Origin: an uncultured virus (IMG/VR IMGVR_UViG_3300030376_007335)
Taxonomy: Duplodnaviria; Heunggongvirae; Uroviricota; Caudoviricetes
Length of the DNA: 64,000 nucleotides
Reading direction: 5' to 3' (one strand)
IMG/VR virus record: IMGVR_UViG_3300030376_007335
Span: 1-64,000 of that record
A program made the position numbers and the translations under genes. The notes below the pieces were generated by a model. It was not told where the DNA came from and ran no database searches. It was given only the letters and a program-made list of their open reading frames with translations. Below are positions 1-9,133 of the stretch, in pieces (position 1 is the stretch's first letter; each line of letters begins with the position of its first letter).

Positions 1-21
1 CCCGCCTCTGTCCCTTCCCAC

Positions 22-107
22 AAAAGATCGCAAAAAATAGGGAAAACGTGGGGAAAATCGGCAAAATCAGCGAAAACCTGGAAAAAAGTAACAAAAAGTA
101 ACAAAAG
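22..107. repeat. Nine helically phased A4-A6 tracts (predicted curved DNA)
   Basis: A-tracts start at 22,32,43,54,63,73,82,93,103, about 10 bp apart. Confidence 0.85.
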
Positions 108-350
108 TCAATGAATTGTTGTAATTTAACAGAAATGTAAATCATATTTTGGAGCAAAAATCAAGTTGTAACTTAATAATTTGAAACAATTTGTCCAGTT
201 TGTGTCCTTAAGATATATTACAGCTGAGATCGCTTCGTATGACTAGGGTTTCAATCCTGCATAACTGCTTGTTTGACAGTTACGCAACCAGTCCAGCGTT
301 ACACTTAGTAACAGTTCGTTACACTGTGTCATAGTTTCTTTTTTTTGTTC

Positions 351-370
351 ACACTGTAACTTTTTGTAAC
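351..370 (-). promoter_or_regulatory. HLR1-like direct repeat (possible RpaB site)
   Basis: Minus strand reads GTTACAAA-AA-GTTACAGT, close to (G/T)TTACA(T/A)(T/A)-N2 repeat. Confidence 0.35.
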
Positions 371-497
371 GGGCCGCCTGACACCTCAACTTTTTTTTCC
401 CCATAATTGACCCTTTTTAAGGCGGAGTAGGGGGTAATTAAGCTTCAAATGTAGTTCCTTTAAAATTAACTCTATAGATCTATAAAAATTACATAAA

Positions 498-2483
498 ATG
501 CCTGTTTCTCAGCAGGATTTCGAGTTATATTCCCGTGTAACTGGTACTCCTCTCCCTACAAATCAAAGTGAAAGAGTGCTAATGGCGCCAGAAGTGTACG
601 CTTTTAGTCGTAAAGCTTCTTCTAAACCTTCAATATTAAAAAATGCAGCAAAAGCAGCAGGTGCAGCGGCACTTTTAGGGGCTGGAGCCTATGGAGCACA
701 CAAATTAGGTGTTTTTGGTGGAAATGACGGCGGAGGAGATGATAATGGTGGCGATGGGTACATTCCTAGAGAACAAACCGATATTTTAAACAAAATTGAC
801 CGTTTTAGAGCGAGTTTAGGTAGAGAAGATGATGGTCTTGATGGTCCTGATATTGCTTCAGCGCCCGTAAACCCAAATATCAACCCTTCAGGGGGAACTG
901 GGGGAGCTGCCGTTGGTATACAAAGAGATACTTTGAGTCAAGAGTCAGTACCTACTCAAACAACGAGGGGTTTGCAGGCTCTTCAATTAAAACAACAGAT
1001 AGATGATCAGAATACGAGAACAAATAACGAGGCATACGCTTCAGGCGGAGCATTAACAGCAAATCCATCAACTAGCGGTTTAAATCTATCTGCAACTACG
1101 AATCTCAACGCTGGAAATCCAGCAAGTCTTGTTAATCCTTTAACAAATAAAGGAAGATTTTTAAATGTTGGTCCACAACAAGTTGAGACTGATGATGGTA
1201 TTCAAGATATAGAAAGAACGGCTACTTTCCGTCCTGATGTTCAGTTAGGAATGCCTGCACCTTTACGTCCTGCCATGCAGAACTTAGGTCAAGATTTAAG
1301 TAGTATTTGGAACCCTCAACGAGCCGGTTTCCAGTTCTTAGATCAAGGACAAGAGCATGCTCATCACGGATTATTAGAAGGTCTTGGTGGAGCTTTGTCT
1401 ACTGCAGGTATTGATGCAACAATGCCAGAAGTAGGTGTACCACTACACTTAGCACGTATGGCTGGTGGAGTATTTGGTGGACTTGGACCTGTTGCTGGTC
1501 ACGGAATTAGGGGTCTTGAAAGTTTAGGAGTTATAGGTAAAGCAGTAGGTCAGCAAGCTGCAGGAGACATTATGGATACAGCAAGAATAGCTGCTTATCC
1601 AGTTGGTCAAGGTGTACGAGCTGTAATTGATAAAGGTGGAAGAGACCTTGAAAGAGGTGTCCAAGATGTAACGAAATATGGACCTGAAATACTAAATCGG
1701 GCAGGGCAAGACATAAATACAATTTCCCAGTTAATACGTAATAAAGCTGAGCAGGACTGGAGAACTACAGCTGGAATTGTCAATGAGTTTGGTGAAAGAA
1801 TTACTGGTAATGGTGTTGAGATTGGAAGTGATCATCTTTTATCTGACAACCCAGATACTCCACCCGAGGAGCAAAATACGTCTCCAGGTACAGAGATTCA
1901 TGAACCTGATCCTCTTAGCAATGATGTTTGGGGAGAATCTGATCTTGTAGGTACCGCTAACGAGCAAGCCATGGATAATTTCAGGGCATCACAGGGTTAT
2001 AAGGGAACAGTTACTGGTGGAGATGACGAGTTAGTTGGTTACGCTCAAGACGCTCAAGAGGTGACATCTCCTGTTCCAGACACCAGAGCTAAAGCGGATA
2101 ATTTCGTAGACAGATTGCTTGGTAACATGCCTCCTGAAGTTGGTGTAGAAATTAGAAGTCAGGAACCAACGCGTAGCTATAGGACAGATAGAAGTAGATT
2201 TTCAGAATTTGGTCAAAACGAAATGGGAGATCCTTACGTTAGATTCAATGAGAAGCCAACGAAAGCAAATCCAGATGGAGGGGAGTCGAAGAGGTATAGC
2301 TATCCTGTAGATGCAAGAACAAGCGAGCAAGTTACTAACGTTATGAAGGGAGATGATGAGGGAAATATATTTGATTATTTCAAGGGGTCGGATGTGAGTG
2401 AAAGTGACATCATTCAGGATGTTTTATCTAAAGCTGGTAGATATGAAGAAGATGAGGAGGGTAACTGGAGACCACGAATGTAA
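498..2483 (+). CDS. Low-complexity Gly/Asp-rich protein, putative internal virion protein
   Basis: 661 aa ORF; hydrophobic AAGAAALLGAGAYGA stretch; first gene of a co-oriented operon. Confidence 0.6.
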   Translation: MPVSQQDFELYSRVTGTPLPTNQSERVLMAPEVYAFSRKASSKPSILKNAAKAAGAAALLGAGAYGAHKLGVFGGNDGGGDDNGGDGYIPREQTDILNKIDRFRASLGREDDGLDGPDIASAPVNPNINPSGGTGGAAVGIQRDTLSQESVPTQTTRGLQALQLKQQIDDQNTRTNNEAYASGGALTANPSTSGLNLSATTNLNAGNPASLVNPLTNKGRFLNVGPQQVETDDGIQDIERTATFRPDVQLGMPAPLRPAMQNLGQDLSSIWNPQRAGFQFLDQGQEHAHHGLLEGLGGALSTAGIDATMPEVGVPLHLARMAGGVFGGLGPVAGHGIRGLESLGVIGKAVGQQAAGDIMDTARIAAYPVGQGVRAVIDKGGRDLERGVQDVTKYGPEILNRAGQDINTISQLIRNKAEQDWRTTAGIVNEFGERITGNGVEIGSDHLLSDNPDTPPEEQNTSPGTEIHEPDPLSNDVWGESDLVGTANEQAMDNFRASQGYKGTVTGGDDELVGYAQDAQEVTSPVPDTRAKADNFVDRLLGNMPPEVGVEIRSQEPTRSYRTDRSRFSEFGQNEMGDPYVRFNEKPTKANPDGGESKRYSYPVDARTSEQVTNVMKGDDEGNIFDYFKGSDVSESDIIQDVLSKAGRYEEDEEGNWRPRM

Positions 2484-2527
2484 TAAATTTATCTAAATGC
2501 TAAATTACTTCTAGATACTTAATTTAA

Positions 2528-2917
2528 ATGGCTTTCCTCGAACCTATTATTGCTGCTGCTATCGGTGCTGGTATCACAGCACTTGCAGTATTTTTAAAGA
2601 ACAATAAGGCTGCTCAAGCATTCCTGAGATATGGAAGTTTGATTAAAAAAGCATACGATATTGTTGATCCAATTTTAGATAAAAATATTCAGAATTGGAA
2701 TGGTTCTCAAGTTGACCAAACCTTTGAACTTGCAATTGAAGCTGTCTCTGATAGCGACCTAAGTAAAGAAGAGATTCACAAAATAGCAGTTCATATGGCT
2801 GAAGCTTGGCTTCCTGCTGCCGCTGCAGATAAAGTTCGTCTTCTTGAAGTTAAAGGTACTTCTGTTGAGCAAGACAAGGTTACTAAAGACATCACTAAAA
2901 CAGTAAACAACTCATAA
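2528..2917 (+). CDS. N-terminally anchored membrane protein (holin-like)
   Basis: 129 aa; single N-terminal TM segment followed by helical soluble part. Confidence 0.45.
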   Translation: MAFLEPIIAAAIGAGITALAVFLKNNKAAQAFLRYGSLIKKAYDIVDPILDKNIQNWNGSQVDQTFELAIEAVSDSDLSKEEIHKIAVHMAEAWLPAAAADKVRLLEVKGTSVEQDKVTKDITKTVNNS

Positions 2918-2919
2918 AT

Positions 2920-3399
2920 ATGGGAATCTCATTTGGAAATTTAGGTTTAATTCCAGGGAAGAGGAATACGCTAAAAGATAAAGCGTTACAAGATCCTGAT
3001 GAGAAAATTTACACTGGAACGTTAACTAATAATCCAGAGAGTGATTATCGTTTTACTCCTTTCCGACCAGATCCTTGGGTTAGTAAATTTAATAAATCAC
3101 CTTATTCTGAAATTTGGAATAGTAAGACATTTGGAGAAGATCAAATCGCTAGTTCTCAAAAATTAATTGAGGATGCTGTTTTTGATAGGCCAGGAAAGCT
3201 AAACACTCCAGGTGTCTATGGAGGTGAAAATGTAATTGATTGGTATAGCAAATACACTGACAGTAGACTGGTTACAGATGAGGATTACGTCAGTAAGGAT
3301 ACGCCATTTAATATGGGTGTAGAACCTGCGTCTGCAGGAAATACTGAACAAAATCCAAACGAAGATGGTATCACTCCATCTAATTCTACGAAGATATAA
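2920..3399 (+). CDS. Hypothetical protein
   Basis: 159 aa ORF with 2-nt gaps to both neighbours. Confidence 0.6.
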   Translation: MGISFGNLGLIPGKRNTLKDKALQDPDEKIYTGTLTNNPESDYRFTPFRPDPWVSKFNKSPYSEIWNSKTFGEDQIASSQKLIEDAVFDRPGKLNTPGVYGGENVIDWYSKYTDSRLVTDEDYVSKDTPFNMGVEPASAGNTEQNPNEDGITPSNSTKI

Positions 3400-3401
3400 A
3401 A

Positions 3402-3950
3402 ATGCCACAGTCTGCAGGAACTAGATCAGTAAATCGTTTAGCGGGTCGCTATTTAGATAGCTTTCTAAATCAGGCTATAGCTGGACCTGCAGCACGAGCA
3501 ACAGAAGCTGGTGTTTCACACCTTTTAAGAGGCGGAGTCCAAGGACCTTTAACCGCTAACGCAGCAAGAATAGCTGGTAGTGCAGGAGCTTTAGGTGGTG
3601 CGCTCGCTCCAGTTGCATTAGTTGCTGGAACAGCTGCTTTAGGAAGTGCTCTTTCAGGAGGTGGTTCTTCAGGTGGCGACGATAAAGAACTTGATTACCT
3701 TCGCAGACAGGCATTACAGGAAAGACGTTTACAAAGTCAAAAGGATTTAATACAAGCTAGAGCTGAAGCAAGAACTCCAGGTAGGCAAACTACAGCAGGG
3801 GAAGAGTTAGGTAAATATTATGAAGGTATAGGTTATTACCACAAACAAATGGCAGATGCTGAAAAGACTGCATCTGAAGTTGGTGAGAAGTCTATGCAAG
3901 ACATGATGAATTTTGGACGTAGTATCTACGGAACTGGCTTACGTGCATAA
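3402..3950 (+). CDS. Gly/Ala-rich putative internal virion protein
   Basis: Glycine-zipper-like hydrophobic stretch then charged helix. Confidence 0.55.
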   Translation: MPQSAGTRSVNRLAGRYLDSFLNQAIAGPAARATEAGVSHLLRGGVQGPLTANAARIAGSAGALGGALAPVALVAGTAALGSALSGGGSSGGDDKELDYLRRQALQERRLQSQKDLIQARAEARTPGRQTTAGEELGKYYEGIGYYHKQMADAEKTASEVGEKSMQDMMNFGRSIYGTGLRA

Positions 3951-3984
3951 ATCGTATAATTAATGAAAAAGGTACGTAGATAAG

Positions 3985-4518
3985 ATGACTGATTTTAATC
4001 CTTATGGGGGTAATAGTGGAGGAGGAATGTCTTTTGCAGATGCATTAAAGATGTCAAAAGGTACGCCAGCTAATTCTTCTTCATCGTTTTCTGTTCCTTC
4101 AGGATTCTACGATTACAAGCCAGGGGGAATGTCTTTTGGTGACGCAGTTAAGGCGGGAGAGGACTATGACTTTGGAGACAACAAAGGTTTTTTAGATCAA
4201 TTTTTAAATAAAAAAACTAACCGTCAAACACAGGACGAAAAGACAACTAAATCAGAAGAAAATAGAGAACAAGCAAAAGCGCTTGCTAAAACATGGCAAT
4301 CAGGTTCACTAGGAGAGAATTTAAATTTCTTAGCTCAATCAGGTGGTAATGAGCAACCAATGGTAATTGGTGGGGGCGGTCAACAGCAGCCAGGTGCAGG
4401 AAGTAGAGCTGTTTCAGGTGCAATGGCAGGAGCACAATTAGGATCTTTCTTCCCTGGAGTAGGAACTGGAGTTGGTGCTGCGATAGGAGCAGGAGCAGGT
4501 CTTCTTGGAATTATTTAA
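3985..4518 (+). CDS. Gly-rich protein with C-terminal glycine zipper
   Basis: Internal repeat GGMSFADALK/GGMSFGDAVK; ends GVGAAIGAGAGLLGII. Confidence 0.6.
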   Translation: MTDFNPYGGNSGGGMSFADALKMSKGTPANSSSSFSVPSGFYDYKPGGMSFGDAVKAGEDYDFGDNKGFLDQFLNKKTNRQTQDEKTTKSEENREQAKALAKTWQSGSLGENLNFLAQSGGNEQPMVIGGGGQQQPGAGSRAVSGAMAGAQLGSFFPGVGTGVGAAIGAGAGLLGII

Positions 4519-4591
4519 TTTAGGTAATTAATTCCAAAAATTAGTTAACTTAAAATAATCAATATATAAGATATTCAGGTTGTAATTCATC

Positions 4592-5479
4592 ATGCCAGCA
4601 CCAGTAGTAGCTATACCTTTAGCACTTAAAGCACTTAGCGGATTAGGCGGAGCAATAGCCGGTTACCAAAAGGGAGGAGCAAAAGGAGCTCTACTGGGAG
4701 GTGGTTTAGGTTTCGTTGCCCCAGGCGCAATAAGAATGGCAGGAACAGCATTAGGTAGTGCTTTACCAGCAGGTGCTCTTGCAGGAGCGAGTGGAAAATT
4801 AGGTGGATTAGGTGTACAAACAGCTTTAGGCGCAAAAGCATTACCCGCTGGTATGGGTCTTCAAACAGCAGGTAGGGCGTTAGGAGGTGGTTTAGGTAAT
4901 CTTGGAAATATGGTAGCAACACCAGCTGGATTAGGTGGAGCACTCGGACTTGGTGCTGCATACACAGGTCTTTCTGGAGGCTTAGGCGGTAACTTAGGTG
5001 GCGCAGTAGCTGGCCCTGTTGGAGGCGGAGTAGGAAATGCTCTTGGAGCAGGTTATGCATTAGGTGGATATAACATGCCAGGCGCTGGCGGTAACCAGTA
5101 TTATGACCCTAACTTCGGATACACGGGAGCTGGAAGTGCTCTTCCTCCAGGAATGAATAGATGGGGCGGTATTGATCCTTACGGCAACCCTATTGATGTA
5201 CTTAACCCATTAGGTCAAGATGCAGGTCGTCGTACCAGAATGGTTAAAGATGCAGAGACACAACAGAAGGTAATGGATATGTTGATGCCTACTTTAAGGA
5301 AGTATTCAGAGCAAGCTAAGAAAGATGATTTCGAAAGAGGAATGGCTGGTGCAGGTATTAAACAGAATATCCTCACAAATGCGGCGCTCACTCAAAACAT
5401 GCAGAAAGCAGGTCTTGATATGGGTACAACTGCTGCTCAACAAGCTGGTTCTGCTCTAACTCAGAAGTACACCTACTAA
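4592..5479 (+). CDS. Glycine-zipper-rich protein, putative ejection/pilot protein
   Basis: Long run of GxxxG G/A/L repeats then Q/A-rich helical C-terminus. Confidence 0.55.
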   Translation: MPAPVVAIPLALKALSGLGGAIAGYQKGGAKGALLGGGLGFVAPGAIRMAGTALGSALPAGALAGASGKLGGLGVQTALGAKALPAGMGLQTAGRALGGGLGNLGNMVATPAGLGGALGLGAAYTGLSGGLGGNLGGAVAGPVGGGVGNALGAGYALGGYNMPGAGGNQYYDPNFGYTGAGSALPPGMNRWGGIDPYGNPIDVLNPLGQDAGRRTRMVKDAETQQKVMDMLMPTLRKYSEQAKKDDFERGMAGAGIKQNILTNAALTQNMQKAGLDMGTTAAQQAGSALTQKYTY

Positions 5480-6315
5480 TGTCTATTCTGCCAAATCCTT
5501 ACGGCTCGCCTTATGGCTACGGCTATCCTTATGGTTCAAACCCCTTTGGAGGGGGCTACGGGGGAGGCCTTGGTTATCCAGTACCAATGCCAAGGACACA
5601 GGTAATACCAATGCCATTTCCAGTTTCTGGGATGGATACAAGTACTGGTAAGAGGAATGTTGATTTGAATAAACTAGCAGGTGAGCCAACTTTAAAATTA
5701 GCTCCCGATGAGAAGTTAGAGGATGGGAGAGTTATAGGTAAAGATGCTCCTATAGGGATACCAAGAGTACTTGGAGGCTTAACTGATGCAATCGCTGGAA
5801 CAGTAGGTATTAAGACAGATTTTGATCAAAGAGGTACAAGTAAAGGAGAAAGTAGTGTTTCTGGTTACGGACGCATGCCTACCGCAGCTGACTATCAAAT
5901 GCCAGTTGTGACACCTCCAACTGTATCTAATCCTTACTTAGGAGGACAAGCAGTTCCTACTGGTAATTATGGAGATGTAATAAAAAATTATGGTCAGGAT
6001 ATGAGACAGTTTCATAGAGGAATGAGGAGAGATGCAGCTATAGATGCTTTTGGACAATATGCACTGACTGAACCAATTAGGCAGCGCTATTTAAATAAGG
6101 CTGCAGAAGATTCAATGCAACGTGGTATGAGACTTAGAGCTTGGAAGGAAGGTTTGCCTTCTAATGTTCAAGCTTTAATGGCTTCAAAACAAGATCAACA
6201 ATCCAAGGCTTCAAGTGCTTGGGGTGATGAATTACGTGCCGTTGCCACAGCTCAAACAGCAGCTAATAACTTTGGAGCGCCAGCTGCGACTATTGGTCGT
6301 AGATTTGGTCGCTGA
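5479..6315 (+). CDS. Hypothetical virion-associated protein
   Basis: TAATG coupling to upstream gene; PYG-rich N-terminus, helical C-terminus. Confidence 0.6.
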   Translation: MSILPNPYGSPYGYGYPYGSNPFGGGYGGGLGYPVPMPRTQVIPMPFPVSGMDTSTGKRNVDLNKLAGEPTLKLAPDEKLEDGRVIGKDAPIGIPRVLGGLTDAIAGTVGIKTDFDQRGTSKGESSVSGYGRMPTAADYQMPVVTPPTVSNPYLGGQAVPTGNYGDVIKNYGQDMRQFHRGMRRDAAIDAFGQYALTEPIRQRYLNKAAEDSMQRGMRLRAWKEGLPSNVQALMASKQDQQSKASSAWGDELRAVATAQTAANNFGAPAATIGRRFGR

Positions 6316-6353
6316 TTTAGCTAAACTAAAATAACTAAAGTAGGTTTTTAGAT

Positions 6354-6875
6354 ATGGGTCGCCCTAAGCCGCCACCACCACCAACGATAATATATCCGCC
6401 CCCACCTCCACCACCTGCGCCTCCAACTCGGGTGCCAACTCAATCTGTTCAAACACAAACTGCTTTAAACGAAGTTAGTGGAAAACAGCAAAGATTGAAT
6501 ATGGAACTTGGGGCTCAGTTAGATCGTACTAACGCAGACTTTTTTGCTGGTCAGGACATTAGACGTACTCAAGCCGCTGGTGCTGAAAACCGTTTGACTA
6601 CTGCTGCAGGAGCTGCTGAAGATCGAGCTACAAGAAGAGTAGCAGGAGAAGAGGAACGTGCTTCAACAGCTGAAACTGGTCTTCAATATAGAAGAGGATT
6701 AGAGACTGCTGGTACAGAGACTCGTGCTACAAGAAGAGTCGAAGGTGAAGAGCAACGTGCTGGTATTAGAGAAACAGGTACAGAAACTCGAACAACGGAC
6801 TTGCAAAAAGAGATGTTCCGTCGCTATAAAGAGAATAGGGATTACGAACAAGCTCAGGATCAGTACCGAACATGA
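6354..6875 (+). CDS. Poly-Pro N-terminus plus 11-residue-repeat protein
   Basis: MGRPKPPPPP start; Arg recurs every 11 residues in C-terminal half. Confidence 0.65.
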   Translation: MGRPKPPPPPTIIYPPPPPPPAPPTRVPTQSVQTQTALNEVSGKQQRLNMELGAQLDRTNADFFAGQDIRRTQAAGAENRLTTAAGAAEDRATRRVAGEEERASTAETGLQYRRGLETAGTETRATRRVEGEEQRAGIRETGTETRTTDLQKEMFRRYKENRDYEQAQDQYRT

Positions 6876-7357
6876 AGAAATGGATTCAAGGTTTAACTTC
6901 TAAAGACCGAGAATCCTTTCTAAGTTTTTGTAAAAAAGCCTCTTCCCCAGTACAAATATATTTATATTCCCGATTCCTCGGAAATCAGGGGACAATTGTT
7001 GAATGCAATGAATGGTCAGAGAAGGAATTTAAAAAGCGTAATTTTAATGGAGTACTAGAAGGAGAAATAGATTTAATGCAGCAAGATATAGCTAAGTTAA
7101 GAGAGGCAATTGATATGGGATTAGTTAAGCAAGATATGGGTGCAGCACGTATTGCTATGTTGCAGAAAGAATTGAGAGGAGCTATTAAACAATTAGACGA
7201 TAAAAAGATTTTAATGGATAAACAAGGTTTAATACTTGCTGGTGCAGATAGAGCTTTACGTGAAATGCTATCGATCTTTAGGGATGATCCTATAGAGGGG
7301 CCATTACAAGAGGCATCGATGGGAGTATGGACTAAGATATTGCACGAAGAATCTTAG
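6872..7357 (+). CDS. Putative terminase small subunit
   Basis: 161 aa helical protein immediately upstream of TerL (positional call). Confidence 0.45.
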   Translation: MKKWIQGLTSKDRESFLSFCKKASSPVQIYLYSRFLGNQGTIVECNEWSEKEFKKRNFNGVLEGEIDLMQQDIAKLREAIDMGLVKQDMGAARIAMLQKELRGAIKQLDDKKILMDKQGLILAGADRALREMLSIFRDDPIEGPLQEASMGVWTKILHEES

Positions 7358-7381
7358 TAATTAATAGGCTATGCTACGTCC

Positions 7382-8905
7382 ATGGCAGGTACAAGTATTT
7401 ATAGCGTTTATCGACGCACCGCAAGAGCTGCTGCTAAACAGCATGTAGTAAAAAAAACTAGCAGTGTTGATGTAGAACGAGCACAAAAAGATTTTGCATA
7501 TTTCTGCGATGTTGTAGGTAATAAACCTCCTGCCGAACATCATAAAGAATGGCATAAATATCTGTGTACAGGAGATAGTAGTGAATGCCTAGCTGATATT
7601 GCCGGACCAAATATTGATATTCTTGCACCAAGAGGATCTGCAAAGTCGACTGTTTTAGGTTTATTTACAGCTTGGTCTATAGGTGTCCATGCTTTAAAAC
7701 GCATGCCTTTGAAAATTTTATATATTTCTTACACAGTTGATGTGGCTAGACCTAAGAGTGCAGCAATTAAGAGAATTATAGAAGAAAGTAAAATTTATAA
7801 AGAGATTTTTCCTAAAGTAAAAATTGCTAAAGGAATTAACTCTAATGAATATTGGAGTATTGATTGGAAGTTTGCAGGTATTAAATCAACTGGTGAAGAG
7901 GAATTCACTGTTTGTTGCGCTGGTTTAAAAGGTGCTGTTACATCAAAACGTTCTCATCTTTGTATTATTGATGACGCAATAAAAAGTGCTGATGACATAA
8001 AAAATAAAGACATTAGACAAGCAATGGAAGATAACTGGAATGCGGTTATCGTTCCCACGATGTTTGAAGGTGCTAGAGCCATTTGCTTAGGAACAAGATT
8101 CCGTCATGACGATATACATCAAAGTACTTTTATTCCTGCAAATGGTTGGGTTCAGATAGTTCAATCTGCAATAACAGTTGATGAAAGTGGAGAGGAAATT
8201 TCTTACTGGCCTAGTATGTGGTCTTTGGATTATTTAGGGGATAGAAGAAGAATTGCTCCGGTGGCTTTTAGTTTTCAATATCAGAATCAAATTGTTCAGA
8301 CAAGTGAATTATCCTTATCACCAGACTTAATTGTTAAAGGAGCTATTTCTACTCAATTTGATGCAATGGGAGTAGGAGTCGACTTATCTGCTGGAGTTCG
8401 AGAGCAAAATGACTACACTGTTTTTGTTATGGGTGGTCGTGTAGGAAATAAGATTCATATTATTGATTGTAAACGAGTTAGGGTGATGGGTAACTTAGAA
8501 AAATTAGATCTTTTAATGGAGATGATGGAAGAATGGGGTGTTATACACAAGGATGGTATTAATTATTTTCCTACTGGAAGTAGCATACATATCTGGTCAG
8601 AAGCTGTTGCTTATCAAGCTTCTTTAGAGGCTGATTTTAAGAGAATTTGTTTAGGTGATCAGGGTTTATACAATCTTATATGGCATCCCGTTAAAGGTTT
8701 TAGAGGAGATAAAGTAGCTCGTTTTAGAGGGATAATGGGTTTGTTTGAACAGAGAAAAATTATCTTTAATAAGTTTAGAAAGTTTGGTCCTTTAACTGAT
8801 GAGATAGTCAACTTTGGTGTGAGTTCGCATGATGATTGTGTTGATGCTTTAGTATGGCTATGTAATGGGTTAATGACCCGAGGAAAACTAGAGTTAGAGT
8901 ATTGA
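7382..8905 (+). CDS. terL: Terminase large subunit
   Basis: Walker A APRGSAKST, Walker B LCIIDD, GTRFRHDD, nuclease motifs GVDLS and HDDCVDAL. Confidence 0.93.
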   Translation: MAGTSIYSVYRRTARAAAKQHVVKKTSSVDVERAQKDFAYFCDVVGNKPPAEHHKEWHKYLCTGDSSECLADIAGPNIDILAPRGSAKSTVLGLFTAWSIGVHALKRMPLKILYISYTVDVARPKSAAIKRIIEESKIYKEIFPKVKIAKGINSNEYWSIDWKFAGIKSTGEEEFTVCCAGLKGAVTSKRSHLCIIDDAIKSADDIKNKDIRQAMEDNWNAVIVPTMFEGARAICLGTRFRHDDIHQSTFIPANGWVQIVQSAITVDESGEEISYWPSMWSLDYLGDRRRIAPVAFSFQYQNQIVQTSELSLSPDLIVKGAISTQFDAMGVGVDLSAGVREQNDYTVFVMGGRVGNKIHIIDCKRVRVMGNLEKLDLLMEMMEEWGVIHKDGINYFPTGSSIHIWSEAVAYQASLEADFKRICLGDQGLYNLIWHPVKGFRGDKVARFRGIMGLFEQRKIIFNKFRKFGPLTDEIVNFGVSSHDDCVDALVWLCNGLMTRGKLELEY

Positions 8906-8931
8906 CGATTTAAACTGGAAAGAACAACTTT

Positions 8932-9117
8932 ATGTCCACCAGCTACTACTACACATTAGAACTTGAGCAAGACGCTTATGGTTCTGCTGTTATCCCTCTT
9001 ACCGATGAGATGTGTCACGATTTAGCTATCCAGCCTAATGAGCGATTCGAAGTCGAAGTAGAGGATGATGTTATTACTCTTAAAAGAGTTCATGCTGGTT
9101 ATGACATCGACCAATAG
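8932..9117 (+). CDS. AbrB/MazE-like DNA-binding protein
   Basis: GSAVIPLTDEMCHDLAIQPNERFEVEVEDDVITLKR fits swapped-hairpin pattern. Confidence 0.6.
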   Translation: MSTSYYYTLELEQDAYGSAVIPLTDEMCHDLAIQPNERFEVEVEDDVITLKRVHAGYDIDQ

Positions 9118-9133
9118 TTAATTTTCCTAAATT

